Source: Hormiphora californensis
Taxonomy: Eukaryota > Animalia > Ctenophora
DNA length: 64,000 nt
Direction: 5' to 3'
NCBI GenBank assembly: GCA_020137815.1
Contig: CM035356.1
Location: 7,750,001 to 7,814,000 of the forward strand
This document shows, in pieces, positions 25,503-39,274 of this stretch; position 1 is the stretch's first letter; each line of letters starts with the position of its first letter. Under the pieces are notes generated by a model. The model ran no database searches, had not been told where the DNA came from, and worked only from the letters and a program-made list of their open reading frames with translations. The position numbers and the translations under genes are program-made.

Positions 25503-28500
25503 ATGAGTTGTCGGAGCAAACCAGATAGTAAGAAGAAGACCTCGATTTCAAAACGCAACAAATCTATCGATACGGAGGAAATCTGTTTGATCCCTACTGA
25601 ACCTTCCCTCAGGTATGTTATCAGCTGACAATGACAGCGCTGCAGGTAACTTGTAGAGTAAGGGGTTAATCAGCAACAGGTGACAGAAGGGGAGCCTTAT
25701 ACCTTGTAATAAAACTAAGAAGCTGTAGTTTGATGTACAAGCTTAACAATCAAATTTCTATCTAGCGTGCTTCTTTAGACAACCCCATAAACATGATAAA
25801 TCACACATAACCACAACTTCACATATCGCCCTGTTAGGTTGAGTGTTACAGACATGGTGGGTTGTAAGGGATGGCAAACACTGGACCTCAGTAACCTGCT
25901 GACTCTCCGGGGTGCAGATTACATTGGGCCGGTGGAGTACGCGGAGATATGTGTGGCGTGGATTGAGCACCACATGCCCGACCAGCAGAGCGTTACTATG
26001 ATCTGGGAGAGTGTGCCATTTAGGAAACTGTGTCAGAGGTCAGTTAGCAAACTGCATAACACTTCTCCATTCTACCCGCCCTACTCACCCTACCCTGATC
26101 CCTACCCGCCCTACCAACTACTCGAATTTGGGAGATTACGGAGCAATTCAGGGAAAAGGACCATCAAATAAGGCCAGGAAACTCCGTTTGCAAATGACAA
26201 GTTGTGTGCAATCCTCAGAGAATAGGCAGTGTGTGCTACTTCTCTTGTCACCCTGTTTGACCCCTCCCTCCCCACTATAGGTACGTGTTTGACCTGCTAA
26301 ACCACATCCGAGACCAGCTGCATTATAAGGTGGATCACAGGACAGTGAGCAACACCGAAGTCATATCATACACCTTCCCATGCAACCCCATCGAGCTGAA
26401 ACTGAGGAAGGAATGCTGGAGGGAATGGCATGGTATGTTAACAGTCGCGGACCCGGCTGACTTACCGGGCTTCCCCCGGGCAAAATCCCCCAGCAAAGTC
26501 TGGCGTTGTACCTTATTTTGTACCTTATTTTGTACCTTATTTTACCTTATTTTGTATCTTATTTTACCCCCAATTCTGCAGGTTGTGGTATGTACAACTG
26601 TTCTAATACCCCCTCCCCTCAGGTTGTGGTGTATACAACTGTTCTAATTCCCCCTCCCCTCAGGTTGTGGTGTATACAACTGTTCTAATTCCCCCTCCCC
26701 TCAGGTTGTGGTGTATACAACTGTTCTAATTCCCCCTCCCCTCAGGTTGTGGTGTATACAACTGTTCTAATACCCCCTCCCCTCAGGTTGTGGTGTATAC
26801 AACTGTTCTAATACCCCCTCCCCTCAGGTTGTGGTGTATACAACTGTTCTAATACCCCCTCCCCTCAGGTTGTGGTGTATACAACTGTTCTAATACCCCC
26901 TCCCCTCAGGTTGTGGTGTATACAACTGTTCTAATACCCCCTCCCCTCAGGTTGTGGTGTATACAACTGTTCTAATGCCCCTCCCCTCAGGTTGTGGAAT
27001 GTACAACTGTTCTAATACCCCCTCCCCTCAGGTTGTGGTATGTACAACTGTTCTAATACCCCCTCCCCTCAGGTTGTGGTGTATACAACTGTTCTAATAC
27101 CCCCTCCCCTCAGGTTGTGGTGTATACAACTGTTCTAATACCCCCTTCCCTCAGGTTGTGGTGTATACAACTGTTCTAATACCCCCTCCCCTCAGGTTGT
27201 GGTGTATACAACTGTTCTAATTCCCCCTCCCCTCAGGTTGTGGTGTATACAACTGTTCTAATACCCCCTCCCCTCAGGTTGTGGTGTATACAACTGTTCT
27301 AATTCCCCCTCCCCTCAGGTTGTGGTATGTACAACTGTTCTAATACCCCCTCCCCTCAGGTTGTGGTGTATACAACTGTTCTAATACCCCCTCCCCTCAG
27401 GTTGTGGTGTATACAACTGTTCTAATAACCCCTCCCCTCAGGTTGTGGTGTATACAACTGTTCTAATACCCCCTCCCCTCAGGTTGTGGTGTATACAACT
27501 GTTCTAATACCCCCTCCCCTCAGGTTGTGGTGTATACAACTGTTCTAATACCCCCTCCCCTCAGGTTGTGGTGTATACAACTGTTCTAATACCCCCTCCC
27601 CTCAGGTTGTGGTGTATACAACTGCTCTAATTCCCCCTCCCCTCAGGTTGTGGTGTATACAACTGTTCTAATACCCCCTCCCCTCAGGTTGTGATGTATA
27701 CAACTGTTCTAATACCCCCTCCCCTCAGGTTGTGATGTATACAACTGTTCTAATTCCCCCTCCCCTCAGGTTGTGGTGTCTACACAACTGTTCTAATACC
27801 CCCTCCCCTCAGGTTGTGGTGTATACAACTGTTCTAATACCCCCTCCCCTCAGGTTGTGGTGTATACAACTGTTCTAATACCCCCTCCCCTCAGGTTGTG
27901 GTGTATACAACTGTTCTAATGCCCCTCCCCTCAGGTTGTGGAATGTACAACTGTTCTAATACCCCCTCCCCTCAGGTTGTGGTATGTACAACTGTTCTAA
28001 TACCCCCTCCCCTCAGGTTGTGGTGTATACAACTGTTCTAATACCCCCTCCCCTCAGGATGTGGTGTATACAACTGTTCTAATACCCCCTCCCCTCAGGT
28101 TGTGATGTATACAACTGTTCTAATGCCCCCTCCCCTCAGGTTGTGGTGTATACAACTGTTCTAATACCCCCTCCCCTCAGGTTGTGATGTATACAACTGT
28201 TCTAATTCCCCCTCCCCTCAGGTTGTAGATGTATACAACTGTTCTAATACCCCCTTCCCCTCAGGTTGTGGTGTATACAACTGTTCTAATACCCCCTCCC
28301 CTCAGGTTGTGGTGTATACAACTGTTCTAATACCCCCTCCCCTCAGGTTGCGGTGTTTACAACTGTTCTAATACCCCCTCCCCTCAGGTTGTGGTGTATA
28401 CAACTGTTCTAATACCCCCTCCCCTCAGGTTGTGGTGTATACAACTGTTCTAATACCCCCTCCCCTCAGGTTGTGGTGTATACAACTGTTCTAATTCCCC

Positions 28501-31500
28501 CTCCCCTCAGGTTGTGGTGTATACAACTGTTCTAATTCCCCCTCCCCTCAGGTTGTGGTGTATACAACTGTTCTAATTCCCCCTCCCCTCAGGTTGTGGT
28601 GTATACAACTGTTCTAATACCCCCTCCCCTCAGGTTGTGGTGTATACAACTGTTCTAATACCCCCTCCCCTCAGGTTGTGGTGTATACAACTGTTCTAAT
28701 ACCCCCTCCCCTCAGGTTGTGGTGTATACAACTGTTCTAATACCCCCTCCCCTCAGGTTGTGATGTATACAACTGTTCTAATTCCCCCTCCCCTCAGGTT
28801 ACAGAATATACAACTGTTCTAATACCCCCTTCCCTCAGGTTGTGGTGTATACAACTGTTCTAATACCCCCTCCCCTCAGGTTGTGGTGTATACAACTGTT
28901 CTAATACCCCCTTCCCTCAGGTTGTGGTGTATACAACTGTTCTAATACCCCCTCCCCTCAGGTTGTGGTGTATACAACTGTTCTAATACCCCCTCCCCTC
29001 AGGTTGTGGTGTATACAACTGTTCTAATACCCCCTCCCCTCAGGTTGTGGTGTATACAACTGTTCTAATACCCCCTCCCCTCAGGTTGTGGTGTATACAA
29101 CTGTTCTAATACCCCCTCCCCTCAGGTTGTGGTGTATACAACTGTTCTAATACCCCCTCCCCTCAGGTTGTGGTGTATACAACTGTTCTAATACCCCCTC
29201 CCCTCAGGTTGTGGTGTATACAACTGTTCTAATACCCCCTCCCCTCAGGTTGTGGTGTATACAACTGTTCTAATACCCCCTCCCCTCAGGTTGTGGTGTA
29301 TACAACTGTTCTAATACCCCCTCCCCTCAGGTTGTGGTGTATACAACTGTTCTAATACCCCCTCCCCTCAGGTTGTGGTGTATACAACTGTTCTAATACC
29401 CCCTCCCCTCAGGTTGTGATGTATACAACTGTTCTAATACCCCCTCCCCTCAGGTTGTGGTGTATACAACTGTTCTAATACCCCCTCCCCTCAGGATGTG
29501 GTGTATACAACTGTTCTAATACCCCCTCCCCTCAGGTTGTGATGTATACAACGAGTCACCCCCTCCCTGCCGACGGACCTCCCTGCCGACGGGTCGGCAG
29601 GGAGGTCATTCGGCAGGGAGGGCGGGATATGGGGGTATAATGTCCTACGTGCCGACGAAATTGGGATGAGATCGCCGTCGGCACGTAGGACATTATACCC
29701 CTATTTTCTGCCCTCCCTGCCGACGGACCTCCCTACCGATCGGCAGGGAGGGCCGTCGGCAGGGAGGACATTTTACCCCTCCTTTTACCCTCTGTACCGA
29801 CGATCGGCAGGGAGGACATTTTACCCCTCCTTTTACCCTCTGTACCGACGATCGGCAGGGAGGACATTTTACCCCTCCTTTTACCCTCTGTACCGACGAT
29901 CGGCAAGTAGGGCCGTCGGCAGGGAGGACATTTACCCCTCCTTTTCAGCCTCACTACCGACGATCGGCAGGGAGGACATTTACCCCTCCTTTTCACCCTC
30001 TGTGCCGACGAAACCATAACCCAAACTTAGCCCAAACCATCGCCCTAACCATCACCCTAACCACCGCCCTAACCACCGCCCTAACCCTAACCCTAACCCT
30101 AACCCTAACCCTAACGATACTCAGAGGAACAATACACACTGTGTATTACACAGTGAACTCTTCGTATTTGGCCTGCCGGCCAAATTCTCGAGCTCACAGA
30201 AGGAGTGAAACGCCCTCCCTACCGATCGTCGGTACAGAGGGTAAAAGGAGGGGTGAAATATCCTCCCTGCCGATCGTCGGTACAGAGGGTGAATAGGAGG
30301 GGTAAATGTCCTCCCTGCCGAATACTCTCTCGGAGTGAGTTTTCGGCAGGGAGGGCGGAATATAGGGGTCAAATGTCCTACGTGCCGACGGCGATCTCAT
30401 CCCAATCTCGTCGGCACGTAGGACATTATACCCCTATATCCCGCCCTCCCTGCCGAATGACCTCCCTGCCGACCCGTCGGCAGGGAGGTCCGTCGGCAGG
30501 GAGGGCGGGTACCGTATACAACTGTTCTAATGCCCCCTCCCCTCAGGTTGTGGTGTATACAACTGTTCTAATTCCCCCTCCCCTCAGGTTGTGGTGTATA
30601 CAACTGTTCTAATTCCCCCTCCCCTCAGGTTGTGGTGTATACAACTGTTCTAATACCCCCTCCCCTCAGGTTGTGGTGTATACAACTGTTCTAATACCCC
30701 CTCCCCTCAGGTTGTGGTGTATACAACTGTTCTAATACCCCCTCCCCTCAGGTTGTGATGTATACAACTGTTCTAATACCCCCTCCCCTCAGGTTGTGGT
30801 GTATACAACTGTTCTAATTCCCCCTCCCCTCAGGTTGTGGTGTATACAACTGTTCTAATACCCCCTCCCCTCAGGTTGTGGTGTATACAACTGTTCTAAT
30901 ACCCCCTCCCCTCAGGTTGTGGTGTATACAACTGTTCTAATACCCCCTCCCCTCAGGTTGTGATGTATACAACTGTTCTAATACCCCCTCCCCTCAGGTT
31001 GTGGTGTATACAACTGTTCTAATACCCCCTCCCCTCAGGTTGTGGTGTATACAACTGTTCTAATGCCCCCTCCCCTCAGGTTGTGGTGTATACAACTGTT
31101 CTAATACCCCCTCCCCTCAGGTTGTGGTGTATACAACTGTTCTAATTCCCCCTCCCCTCAGGTTGTGGTGTATACAACTGTTCTAATTCCCCCTCCCCTC
31201 AGGTTGTGGTGTATACAACTGTTCTAATACCCCCTCCCCTCAGGTAGTGGTGTATACAACTGTTCTAATACCCCCTCCCCTCAGGTTGTGGTGTATACAA
31301 CTGTTCTAATACCCCCTCCCCTCAGGTTGTGGTGTATACAACTGTTCTAATACCCCCTCCCCTCAGGTTGTGGTGTATACAACTGCTCTAATACCCCCTC
31401 CCCTCAGGTTGTGGTGTATACAACTGTTCTAATTCCCCCTCCCCTCAGGTTGTGATGTATACAACTGTTCTAATACCCCCTCCCCTCAGGTTGTGGTGTA

Positions 31501-32043
31501 TACAACTGTTCTAATTCCCCCTTCCCTCAGGTTGTGGTGTATACAACTGTTCTAATTCCCCCTCCCCTCAGGTTGTGATGTATACAACTGTTCTAATACC
31601 CCCTCCCCTCAGGTTGTGGTGTATACAACTGTTCCCATCTCCGGAACCACGCTGTGAAACTCCAACTCTCCACAACCGGAGAAGTTCCCCTGTATACCCG
31701 TGATAGAGAGGTTAAATACCCCGCCAGCACCAAAATATCCATCAGACACTATCATCCGGGGGCAGTGATACACTGGTGGGGGTGGACGGACACATGGACA
31801 CATAGGACCCTCGACCCATCCAGTGCTAATTCCAAGGAGTTTGATAGTCTAGATGATGAGAGTTGTAAGAGAACGTTTGTCAGTATGTTGACTAATACGA
31901 TGGAGGAATTCATTGAAAAGTTAAATAAGGGAGGATGGAAATATATCGCGTGTATGGTACAGTTGAACCCGCCTGATACTGGACAGTTCCCACATCCTGG
32001 TGGAATGGGTGGATGTACTACAGCAGCTCCACCGAATAGCTAG
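25503..32043 (+). CDS. BACK-domain-like protein (~297 aa); exons 25503-25612, 25838-26038, 26281-26432, 31613-32043
   Basis: GT-AG introns with phases 2, 2, 1 give one open frame. WQTLDLSNLLTLRGADYIGPVEYAEICVAWIEHH...IWESVPFRKL resembles the BACK helical motif; the domain call is by eye. Confidence 0.7.
26582..31633 (+). repeat. 41-bp satellite (~100 copies) whose unit is the exon-4 start plus branch point/polypyrimidine/AG; interrupted by a TIR element
   Basis: Unit GTTGTGGTGTATACAACTGTTC-taataccccctcccctcAG; ~72 copies before and ~27 after the insertion (length/41). Confidence 0.95.
29552..30514. mobile_element. Non-autonomous TIR element with internal ~40-bp subrepeats and a (CCCTAA)n tract; 7-8-bp TSD
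   Basis: ~150-bp inverted termini (ccctccctgccgacggacctcc...); TATACAA duplicated at 29545-29551 and 30515-30521; six CCCTAA at 30079-30114. Confidence 0.88.
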
Positions 32044-33248
32044 TACTTTTATATCGGTGTACTTATATTAGTACTCAACATGTGAAGTGCGTCACTGGAA
32101 GTGACGGTTGCGTTGGATTCGTCTCGAAAAGGTGATTCAGAAAAGCTCCGTTCTCCTAGGGGGTTTCAGACCACAGTCAGACCCTAGTCACTGCACTGCA
32201 GGATTTCAGTTTAAGTTTGTTGCATACTATCATAACAAACAGTGTTGTGCTTAATGTACTTTTATTACTAATAGGTAGATAACCATTTTATTTGGTGGGT
32301 TGCCATAAAACATTGATTGTTATGGGTAATTATATAGTTAATTAATGTGGGCACAATTATAATTTACAATTTATATATTCTCAATTCTCATTACTAAGTA
32401 AATGTATGCGATGAGAAAGTTAAAAGGAGATAAATTGAGGGAGGAGGGGATCCAGCCTTAAAGAATTTGTCCATCGGCCAAAATCAGGGTACCGATGGAC
32501 TAAACGCTAAACAGTCTTTATCAGTCCAGCGTAAGCTCACAGAGCCGACATACTGGCCGGGGGATATGTTAAGGTAATGGGGGAAAACAGTCTTGACTAA
32601 CCTCAGATTCAGCTTACGGCATCTCAGAGCTATTTTTGCTTATGCCCAGATGCCCATGCCCTGATGGTAAATAGCCGTGACCAGAACCTGAGATTCAGGC
32701 ATGACTGTTTCGCCCATTGGGTATCCCCTCATCCCTATAAGTTGCAATACTAGACCTAAGACGATATTCTCGATTATAATTTTACAAACACTGATATGAT
32801 ATTGTGATTATTGCGTGGTATCCTGAAAACAAGGTTTCAGACTCGAATCTTAATGTCATTGTACTACGACTGTCAGCAAACCCCTTCATTACACAATACA
32901 CACACAACTAATTGATTGTTCATACTAATTTACAACTACAATTGATTGTTTCGACTGTCTATAAGTCTATTTACCTAAAACGGACTGGACAGTGGACTCA
33001 AAAATGATCTGTTTGGTAAACACTGAACAATTTTACACGTGATGCATGTCACTTGGTTACACATGCTTCTCTTGTCCACATCATAACTCTCACACAGTCA
33101 GTCTCTTCTCCTTCGTTATATCCGATATTATCCAATACTATCACACAGTAAAGTCAGTCTCTTCTCCCTCATTGATATTATCCAATACTATCACACAGTA
33201 AAGTCAGTCTCTTCTCCCTCAGTGATGCTATCACACATCTCCATATCA

Positions 33249-33398
33249 TCACACAGTAAAGTCAGTCTCCTCTCCCTCAGTGATACTATCACACATCTCC
33301 ATATCATCGCCAGGGTGGAGGAACACATCTCGTTCATCAAACTCCTCTTGATCAGTGAAATCCAACTGAAGTCCACCTCTCTCCTTGAACACGCCACC
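33249..33398 (-). CDS. Probable terminal exon of an unidentified gene (GGVFKERGG...EETDFTV*); upstream exons lost in noisy sequence
   Basis: cttcttgcacAG acceptor followed by 50 codons to TGA; the stop-codon region is tandemly repeated downstream. Confidence 0.4.
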   Translation of the reverse strand, partial: GGVFKERGGLQLDFTDQEEFDERDVFLHPGDDMEMCDSITEGEETDFTV

Positions 33399-36300
33399 CT
33401 GTGCAAGAAGATATTATATGATTAGATGACTGGTTAAAATGGTCTATTACTATTTAGTGCACGAGGCCGAAGGCCGAGTGTTCTAAATACAACAATAATG
33501 AACCGAGACCGACAGGTCGAGGTAGATCCTTTTACTTAGCTGCCGAGCCTGCGAGGCACGCTAAGTGTAACTACTGAGCGAGCCTGCGAGCTCTGTAGTT
33601 GTACTTTTGGGCCGAGCCTGCGAGGCCTAAAAGTGAAAGAATCTTTAACATTATTGTTGTGTAATAGAGCATGTAAAAGCAGTCATCTAATTTTATTGGA
33701 TGATTTTGGAAACAAACTGAGTGAACGAGATAAAGATTGAGTGAGAGAAAGAGAAAGAGAATGTGTGAGAGAGAGAGAGAAGAGAATGGGAAAGAAATAA
33801 AAGGGGCGGAGAGGGAAAGCAATGCAGGACCCCCCCTCATTGGGGTTCCTTAGGACGTACGGCCCTATTTGGGGGGGGGAAAAAAGTTAAAGGGGGGCGT
33901 TGTGAAATTATTCTAAACCTTTCCCTGTTGGTGGACTAATAAATGCCCAAAATTTTATAATGAACTTTTTCAGGGTGTCCCCAAAATTTCCCTTCCTTTT
34001 GGGCTTTCAAAAAAAAACCCCCGGTTTTAATTGGGTGTGCCCGGGGAGTGGTGGATTCCCCCAAATGTTTTTTTTTTAAATTAAATTTCAAAACACGGGA
34101 AGGAAATTTTCCCCGTTTTTCATAACAAAGGGGCCAAACCCGGTTTGCTTTTTTCCTTACCAAAAAACCAAAAACCAGGGGTCCTAAGGAGTTAAAATTT
34201 TTGGGGATTGTCCTTTTTCACCCAATGGTGATAGTCCCCCAAATCTTTTTAAAACTTTTCATTGGGGTCGGAAAAAACTTTAAAACCCCGTTCAATTTTT
34301 TGGTTTGGTAGTTTTCAACCCAAAAAACCCCCGGGTGATAAAGTTTTTGGTTTTGTTTCCCAAACCTGTGCGGGGTGGTCGTTGGTTTTTTCAACAAATT
34401 ATTTCTTTGTTTTAAAATCTAACATTTCTCAATTTTTAAGGGATTTTTTTAGAACCAGAAAGGGGTTTTTTTTGCTTTTGGGTTGTACATTTTTAGACTC
34501 ATCCCAATTTTAAAAAATATTGTTTTTAAGGGGAAAGGTTTGAATTTTTTGGGGGCACAAAATTTATCTTTTAAACCCTTTTTGAAAAAAGGGAATAAAA
34601 AATTTTTCACTTTTTTAAAACCCCAGGTCCCATCCCCAATTGGGAAAAATAACATCCCTTAATTTTGGGGAAAAATCTTTTTTCCCCGACTTCAAATCGC
34701 TGACCCAAGGGCACCCCAACTATTTTCAAACCTTTTTACCCCCTTTGGGGTTGAACTTTGGGAAACAAAACCCCTTTTCTAAACGGGTTTTTTGGGTTCC
34801 AAAAAAACTAAAAAATTTTTTTAAAAGTTTTTGGGAGTTTTTTGCCTTTTTTTTCTTTGAAAAAACCCCCCCTTTCATAATGTTCCCCCAAAGTTTCTTG
34901 GTTTTAATTTTTGGGGGGCCCATTGGGCCCCTAAAAAGCCCAAACGGGGGAGCCCCATTTTCCCCCCCCTCTTAAACCCCGGGTTTTTTAAATTTGGGGT
35001 TTTTAGGGTGTCATGGGGAAAATTCCCCGGGCCAAAAAAGGGGTTTTTTTTCTCGAAACAAAAAGCTATGTTTTGGGTTTTCTTTCTTTTTTTGGGAAAT
35101 TTTTTAAAAACCCAAGTTAAAAAGGATTAATATCACCCCCCAAATTTTTGTTTTCCCAAAATAGTTTTTTTTAATCGAAAAGGGCCGGAGTTAAGGGGCC
35201 CCCCGGTTTTTAATTTTTTCATTAAATAATTTTTAAGGGGGATTTAAACAAAATTTTTGTGGTGTAAAATTTAAATTCCCCGGGATCGAAAAAGGGAGGT
35301 AAAGCAAATTTGGGGGAAAATTTAAAATTTTTGCAAAAAAGGACGGGGCCAAAAAACCGTTCATGCCGGGCCCCCCCAACACTGGGCCCCGGGAAACAAC
35401 CCTTACTCCCTCTTGTCATTTTGCAGGACATGGGCCCAAAAAAATCCAAACCTTTTTCCCCAAATCCTTTGGGAAAGGGTTGTTCCTAAATGAGTTTGGA
35501 AATTTTAAACCTAACAATTTTTTAAAAATGAATTTTGGAGTTTTGACCCTAAAAATTTTTCCGGGGGGCCCAAAATTTTTTTTTGGGCCTTTCCAATTTT
35601 CCCCCAAAAAATGTTTTTAAAAAAAAATCGGGGTTGCGGGAACCTTTTTTAAGGTTTTGGGAAAAAAATTTCCTTTTCATTTTTCAGTCTTTGTGCCGGG
35701 TTTTTGGTTTTAAATTTTTGGTTTTAAAGGTGTTTTTCTTTGGGAATTAATTTCCGAGCCCAAAAAAAATTTTCCCCACCAGGTCCCACATTTAAAAAAT
35801 TCATGAATAAAGGCAGCAATGGTTTTTCAAAAAAATTTTTTAATTTTTTTGAATTTTAAATTTTAAAAAAGACCTTTGGGAAACGAAAACCCGGGAAAAA
35901 CCCCAAAGTTTTTTTAATTTTTTGGTGACCACTCCCAACCCCCGGGAAATTATGGGGGAATTTTTTTCCCATGTTTTGGCGGGTGGTTAATTTTTTTTCC
36001 GGAACTTTTAAGGGGGGTTTTTCTGGAAATTTACCCCCGGGTCAAAATTGAAGATTTTTAAATTAAAGCTTTTGGATTCGGGTCTCCTTGGAAATCCGGG
36101 GCCGGCCTGAAACCTAGCCAAAAAAAATGTTGAAACCTTTAAAAGATTTTTTAAAAAAAAGGACTGAAAGCCGAAGCTGCCCCCGCGATTAACCAAATGG
36201 GTTATTTCAAAATATCTCCGGTTTTAAAACTTGTTAAAGTTTTTTAATTCGTTTTGTTATAAACACGGCCGCTTGTGGGGAAAAAACGGTTTTAAGGGAA

Positions 36301-37719
36301 ACCGGAACCGGAAGAAGCGCCCCAACCTCCCAATTGGGCCCCGGGGTTTCCCGGTGTTTACAAAAAGGGTCTTTTTAAACCATGTTTGGAAAAAGCCCTT
36401 GCGCTTTTTAGGGGCAAATTCCCGAAATTGGGGGAATTTTTGCGGTTCCCCGTATTTTTGGAACTACCAAAGCAGCACCCGATAGTTATATTAAAACGTA
36501 AATCAAATTTTCCTCCCAAATTTTCCGAATAAAATTTTATTTTGGGTATTTTTCCTTCCCCCCTAAATTGCCCGGGTGGTTTGAAAGAGAATAAAGCCTT
36601 TGGATTTTGGTTGGTGGGGTTTTTCCTGGGGTTCCCCTTTTGGGAACCGCCCCCTTTTCTACTTAAAGAAAATGTTGACCTGTCCCCTTTGGAAAAAAAA
36701 CCTGGCACAGGAAGAGATGGAAAAGGTTGGAGCCTTTCACTGCCTACCAGGGGAGAGAGTTTGGAAAAAGTTAGAGCCTGTCACAGTGCACCTGCAGAAA
36801 GAAAAATAAAAGGGGGAGAAACAAAAAAAAAGAGTAATGAAAAACCGAAAAGGGGAAAATTTTACCGTTTTTAATAACAAGCACAGTAAGCTCTCCTTTT
36901 ATAGAGCTGAAAAGGGGTTTGTGACAAAAGTAAACCACCCAACCCAAGAAATAACTGGTTTCCCTGATTGGCTTACAATTTTAAAACCTGACAAAATAAC
37001 AGTTCTAAATTTGGGTTTTTTTACAAACGGGGGTTCCTGTTTGGGGAAAAATTTAACCCAAATTTAAAACATAATTGGGTGAAAAACTTCGGATAATTTC
37101 CCAAAAAAAAACCCCCCTTTCAATTTTTAAAAAAATGGGGGGGGAAATTTTGAAACAAAAAATCAATTTAAAAAGGGGGAAAATAATTAAAAAGGGAACC
37201 CCCTTAATTAAAGGATTTAAAAATTTTACCGGTTCCCCCCAGTCCTTAAAGAGTTTCAGCCCCTTCGAGCCCGGAAATTTGGTTCGAAAAATTTGGGAAC
37301 TTGGCCCAGCAAGTTTAGGTTTTTAAAAATTTTTAAAAAATGTGTAAAAAGGACCGAAAGCTAAGGTATGGGTCTTTTAACATTTAACGGGTGAAACCCG
37401 GAGCTAATTGTGGGGAAAGGGAGAAATAGGAAAGGGGTTTGGGAAGGTCCCACTGTTAAAAAAAAACCCCAAAGGGGGAAAACACCCTTGGGCCCGGGAG
37501 TGATGCTGGCCGGTAAAAAAGTCCGTTTAACTGGTTTAACTGTTTGTTTGGTCAGACTTTGGCTGGATTTTCAGAAATTTAGGGGAGGATGGCTGCTGAA
37601 TGTTGCGGTACCTGTGGGAGAGTTATTTTTTTAACCCCCGGGTTTTGAGAGCAAAAAAATTTTTTGGGATAACATTCTTTTTTGTTTAAACAGGGGCCCT
37701 CCCTGGTTTCCCTGTTTTG

Positions 37720-38169
37720 GTTAACAGCGGCCCCATCCCGGGCTTCTAAATTTTTAAACACTGCCCCATCCCGGGCTTCTAAATTGGTTTAACAGCTGCC
37801 CCCCCTGGTTTTTCTGTTTGGGTTTTAACCCGCTGTCTATCCCTGGCTTCTAATTGGTTAACATCGGTCCACCACTGGCTTCTGATTGGTTAACAGCGGT
37901 CCATCCCTATATCTTCTGATTGGTTAACAGCGGTCCATCCCTGGCTTCTGATTGGTTAACAGCTGTTCATCCCTGGCTTCTGATTGGTTAACAGCGGTCC
38001 ATCCCTGGCTTCTGATTGGTTAACAGCTGTCCATCTCTATAGCGTCTGATTGGTTAACAGCTGTCCATCCCTGGCTTCTGATTGGTTAACAGCTGTTCAT
38101 CCCTGGCTTCTGATTGGTTAACAGCTGTCCATCCCTGGCTTCTGATTGGTTAACAGCTGTCCATCCCTG
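37720..38169 (+). repeat. 34-bp tandem array (~11-13 copies) containing an acceptor-like site
   Basis: Unit gcttctgattggttaacAG|ctgtccatccctg; the last copy reads on as LSIPVDSLILPKTI* (38157-38201) with AATAAA near 38273. Confidence 0.85.
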
Positions 38170-38550
38170 TGGATTCTCTCATACTTCCCAAAACAATTTG
38201 ACTTTTGATTCTTGTACTTTGAGTCTTGTACTTTGAGTACTTGTAGATCGGGCTATGCAGAGAGTTTTTTTCAATAAAATGTAATATCAATTGCCAGTAA
38301 GCATACCAGCTGGTCATATTAGATCACAAAGTGCATCCAGGAATGCTAAATTTGAAAATGAGTAACTCACTAGTAGCAATAAATAGAGTTTTCAGTTTAG
38401 CCCATCACAAGATTTTCATTACTTCTAACAAGTAATACTTTACCGGATCATTAGTACGTGATTATCATTGATAATATTATAAGGTACGATATTTCATTTT
38501 TAGTTGGTGATGCCATCCAAGGCTTTGTTTGATTATGGCATGGAGGGGTG

Positions 38551-38932
38551 ATTGCATCACCACTTATTTTAGTAGCCTTATCCAAGCATATTAACCCTTT
38601 GGGGACGATTGGGTCACAGGTGACCCAGTACTTTGAACCCATTTAGCATCTTTATAGATCATGTTTGAAAGTTTTAAATTGTTTCCAGGGTTAAAACATA
38701 CAATTTTCTACCATTTTGAGGTCGTTTTGAGCCTCTGAAGTTGTCGACTTCAATTCGGAAAACAGGGCTAAAACAGTGGATTTGGTAGGCAAAATGGGTA
38801 GTTTAATGGCCATATCTCATATTGGTACGAGTATGCTTAAAATGGACTTGGTTTCAGGGTGATATTACAAATTTTGTGCCTCTCAGAGGCCTTCACAGTG
38901 CTGGGTCACCTGTGACCCAATCGTCCCCTAAC
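38551..38932. mobile_element. piggyBac-like MITE remnant
   Basis: TTAA-ccc left end; inverted repeat ggggacgattgggtcacaggtgaccca / tgggtcacctgtgacccaatcgtcccc. Confidence 0.55.
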
Positions 38933-39274
38933 GCTAAAACAGGAATTTGTATTTTACGAGAATTTCTAAAGGAATGGCCAGCGATAAAAGTCCAAAACGG
39001 CATTTTTCAAACAGGTGCTAGCGACTAACCGACTCCATCATTTTTGTCTCAACATCTTAGGGAGTCGATGAAAAAATTTTTGAGATCCGTGCTCCTTTAT
39101 AAAATTGTTCATCTCGGCCAATTTTGACATTCTAAAATCGGCTACGGATGAGATAGAGAGGTTTTAAAAATTCTGTCGAGAAGGAGCTTATCGTCCCCAA
39201 ATAGTATGAAGTGATATATGCCTATATGTAATATCAACCCTAAAATTCCTCCTTTTCCAGGCCGTGTTCCCGAT

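Noticed and set aside
24560-25561. (TCDKGQY)n ORFs resembling Cys-rich repeats
   Set aside because: The 21-bp minisatellite is open in most frames, shows no codon-position-biased divergence and has no supporting flanking exons.
30079-30114. Chromosome end or telomere fusion
   Set aside because: Only six units, internal to a TSD-flanked element.
26582-31633. CRISPR-like array
   Set aside because: No unique spacers, no cas genes, eukaryotic context.
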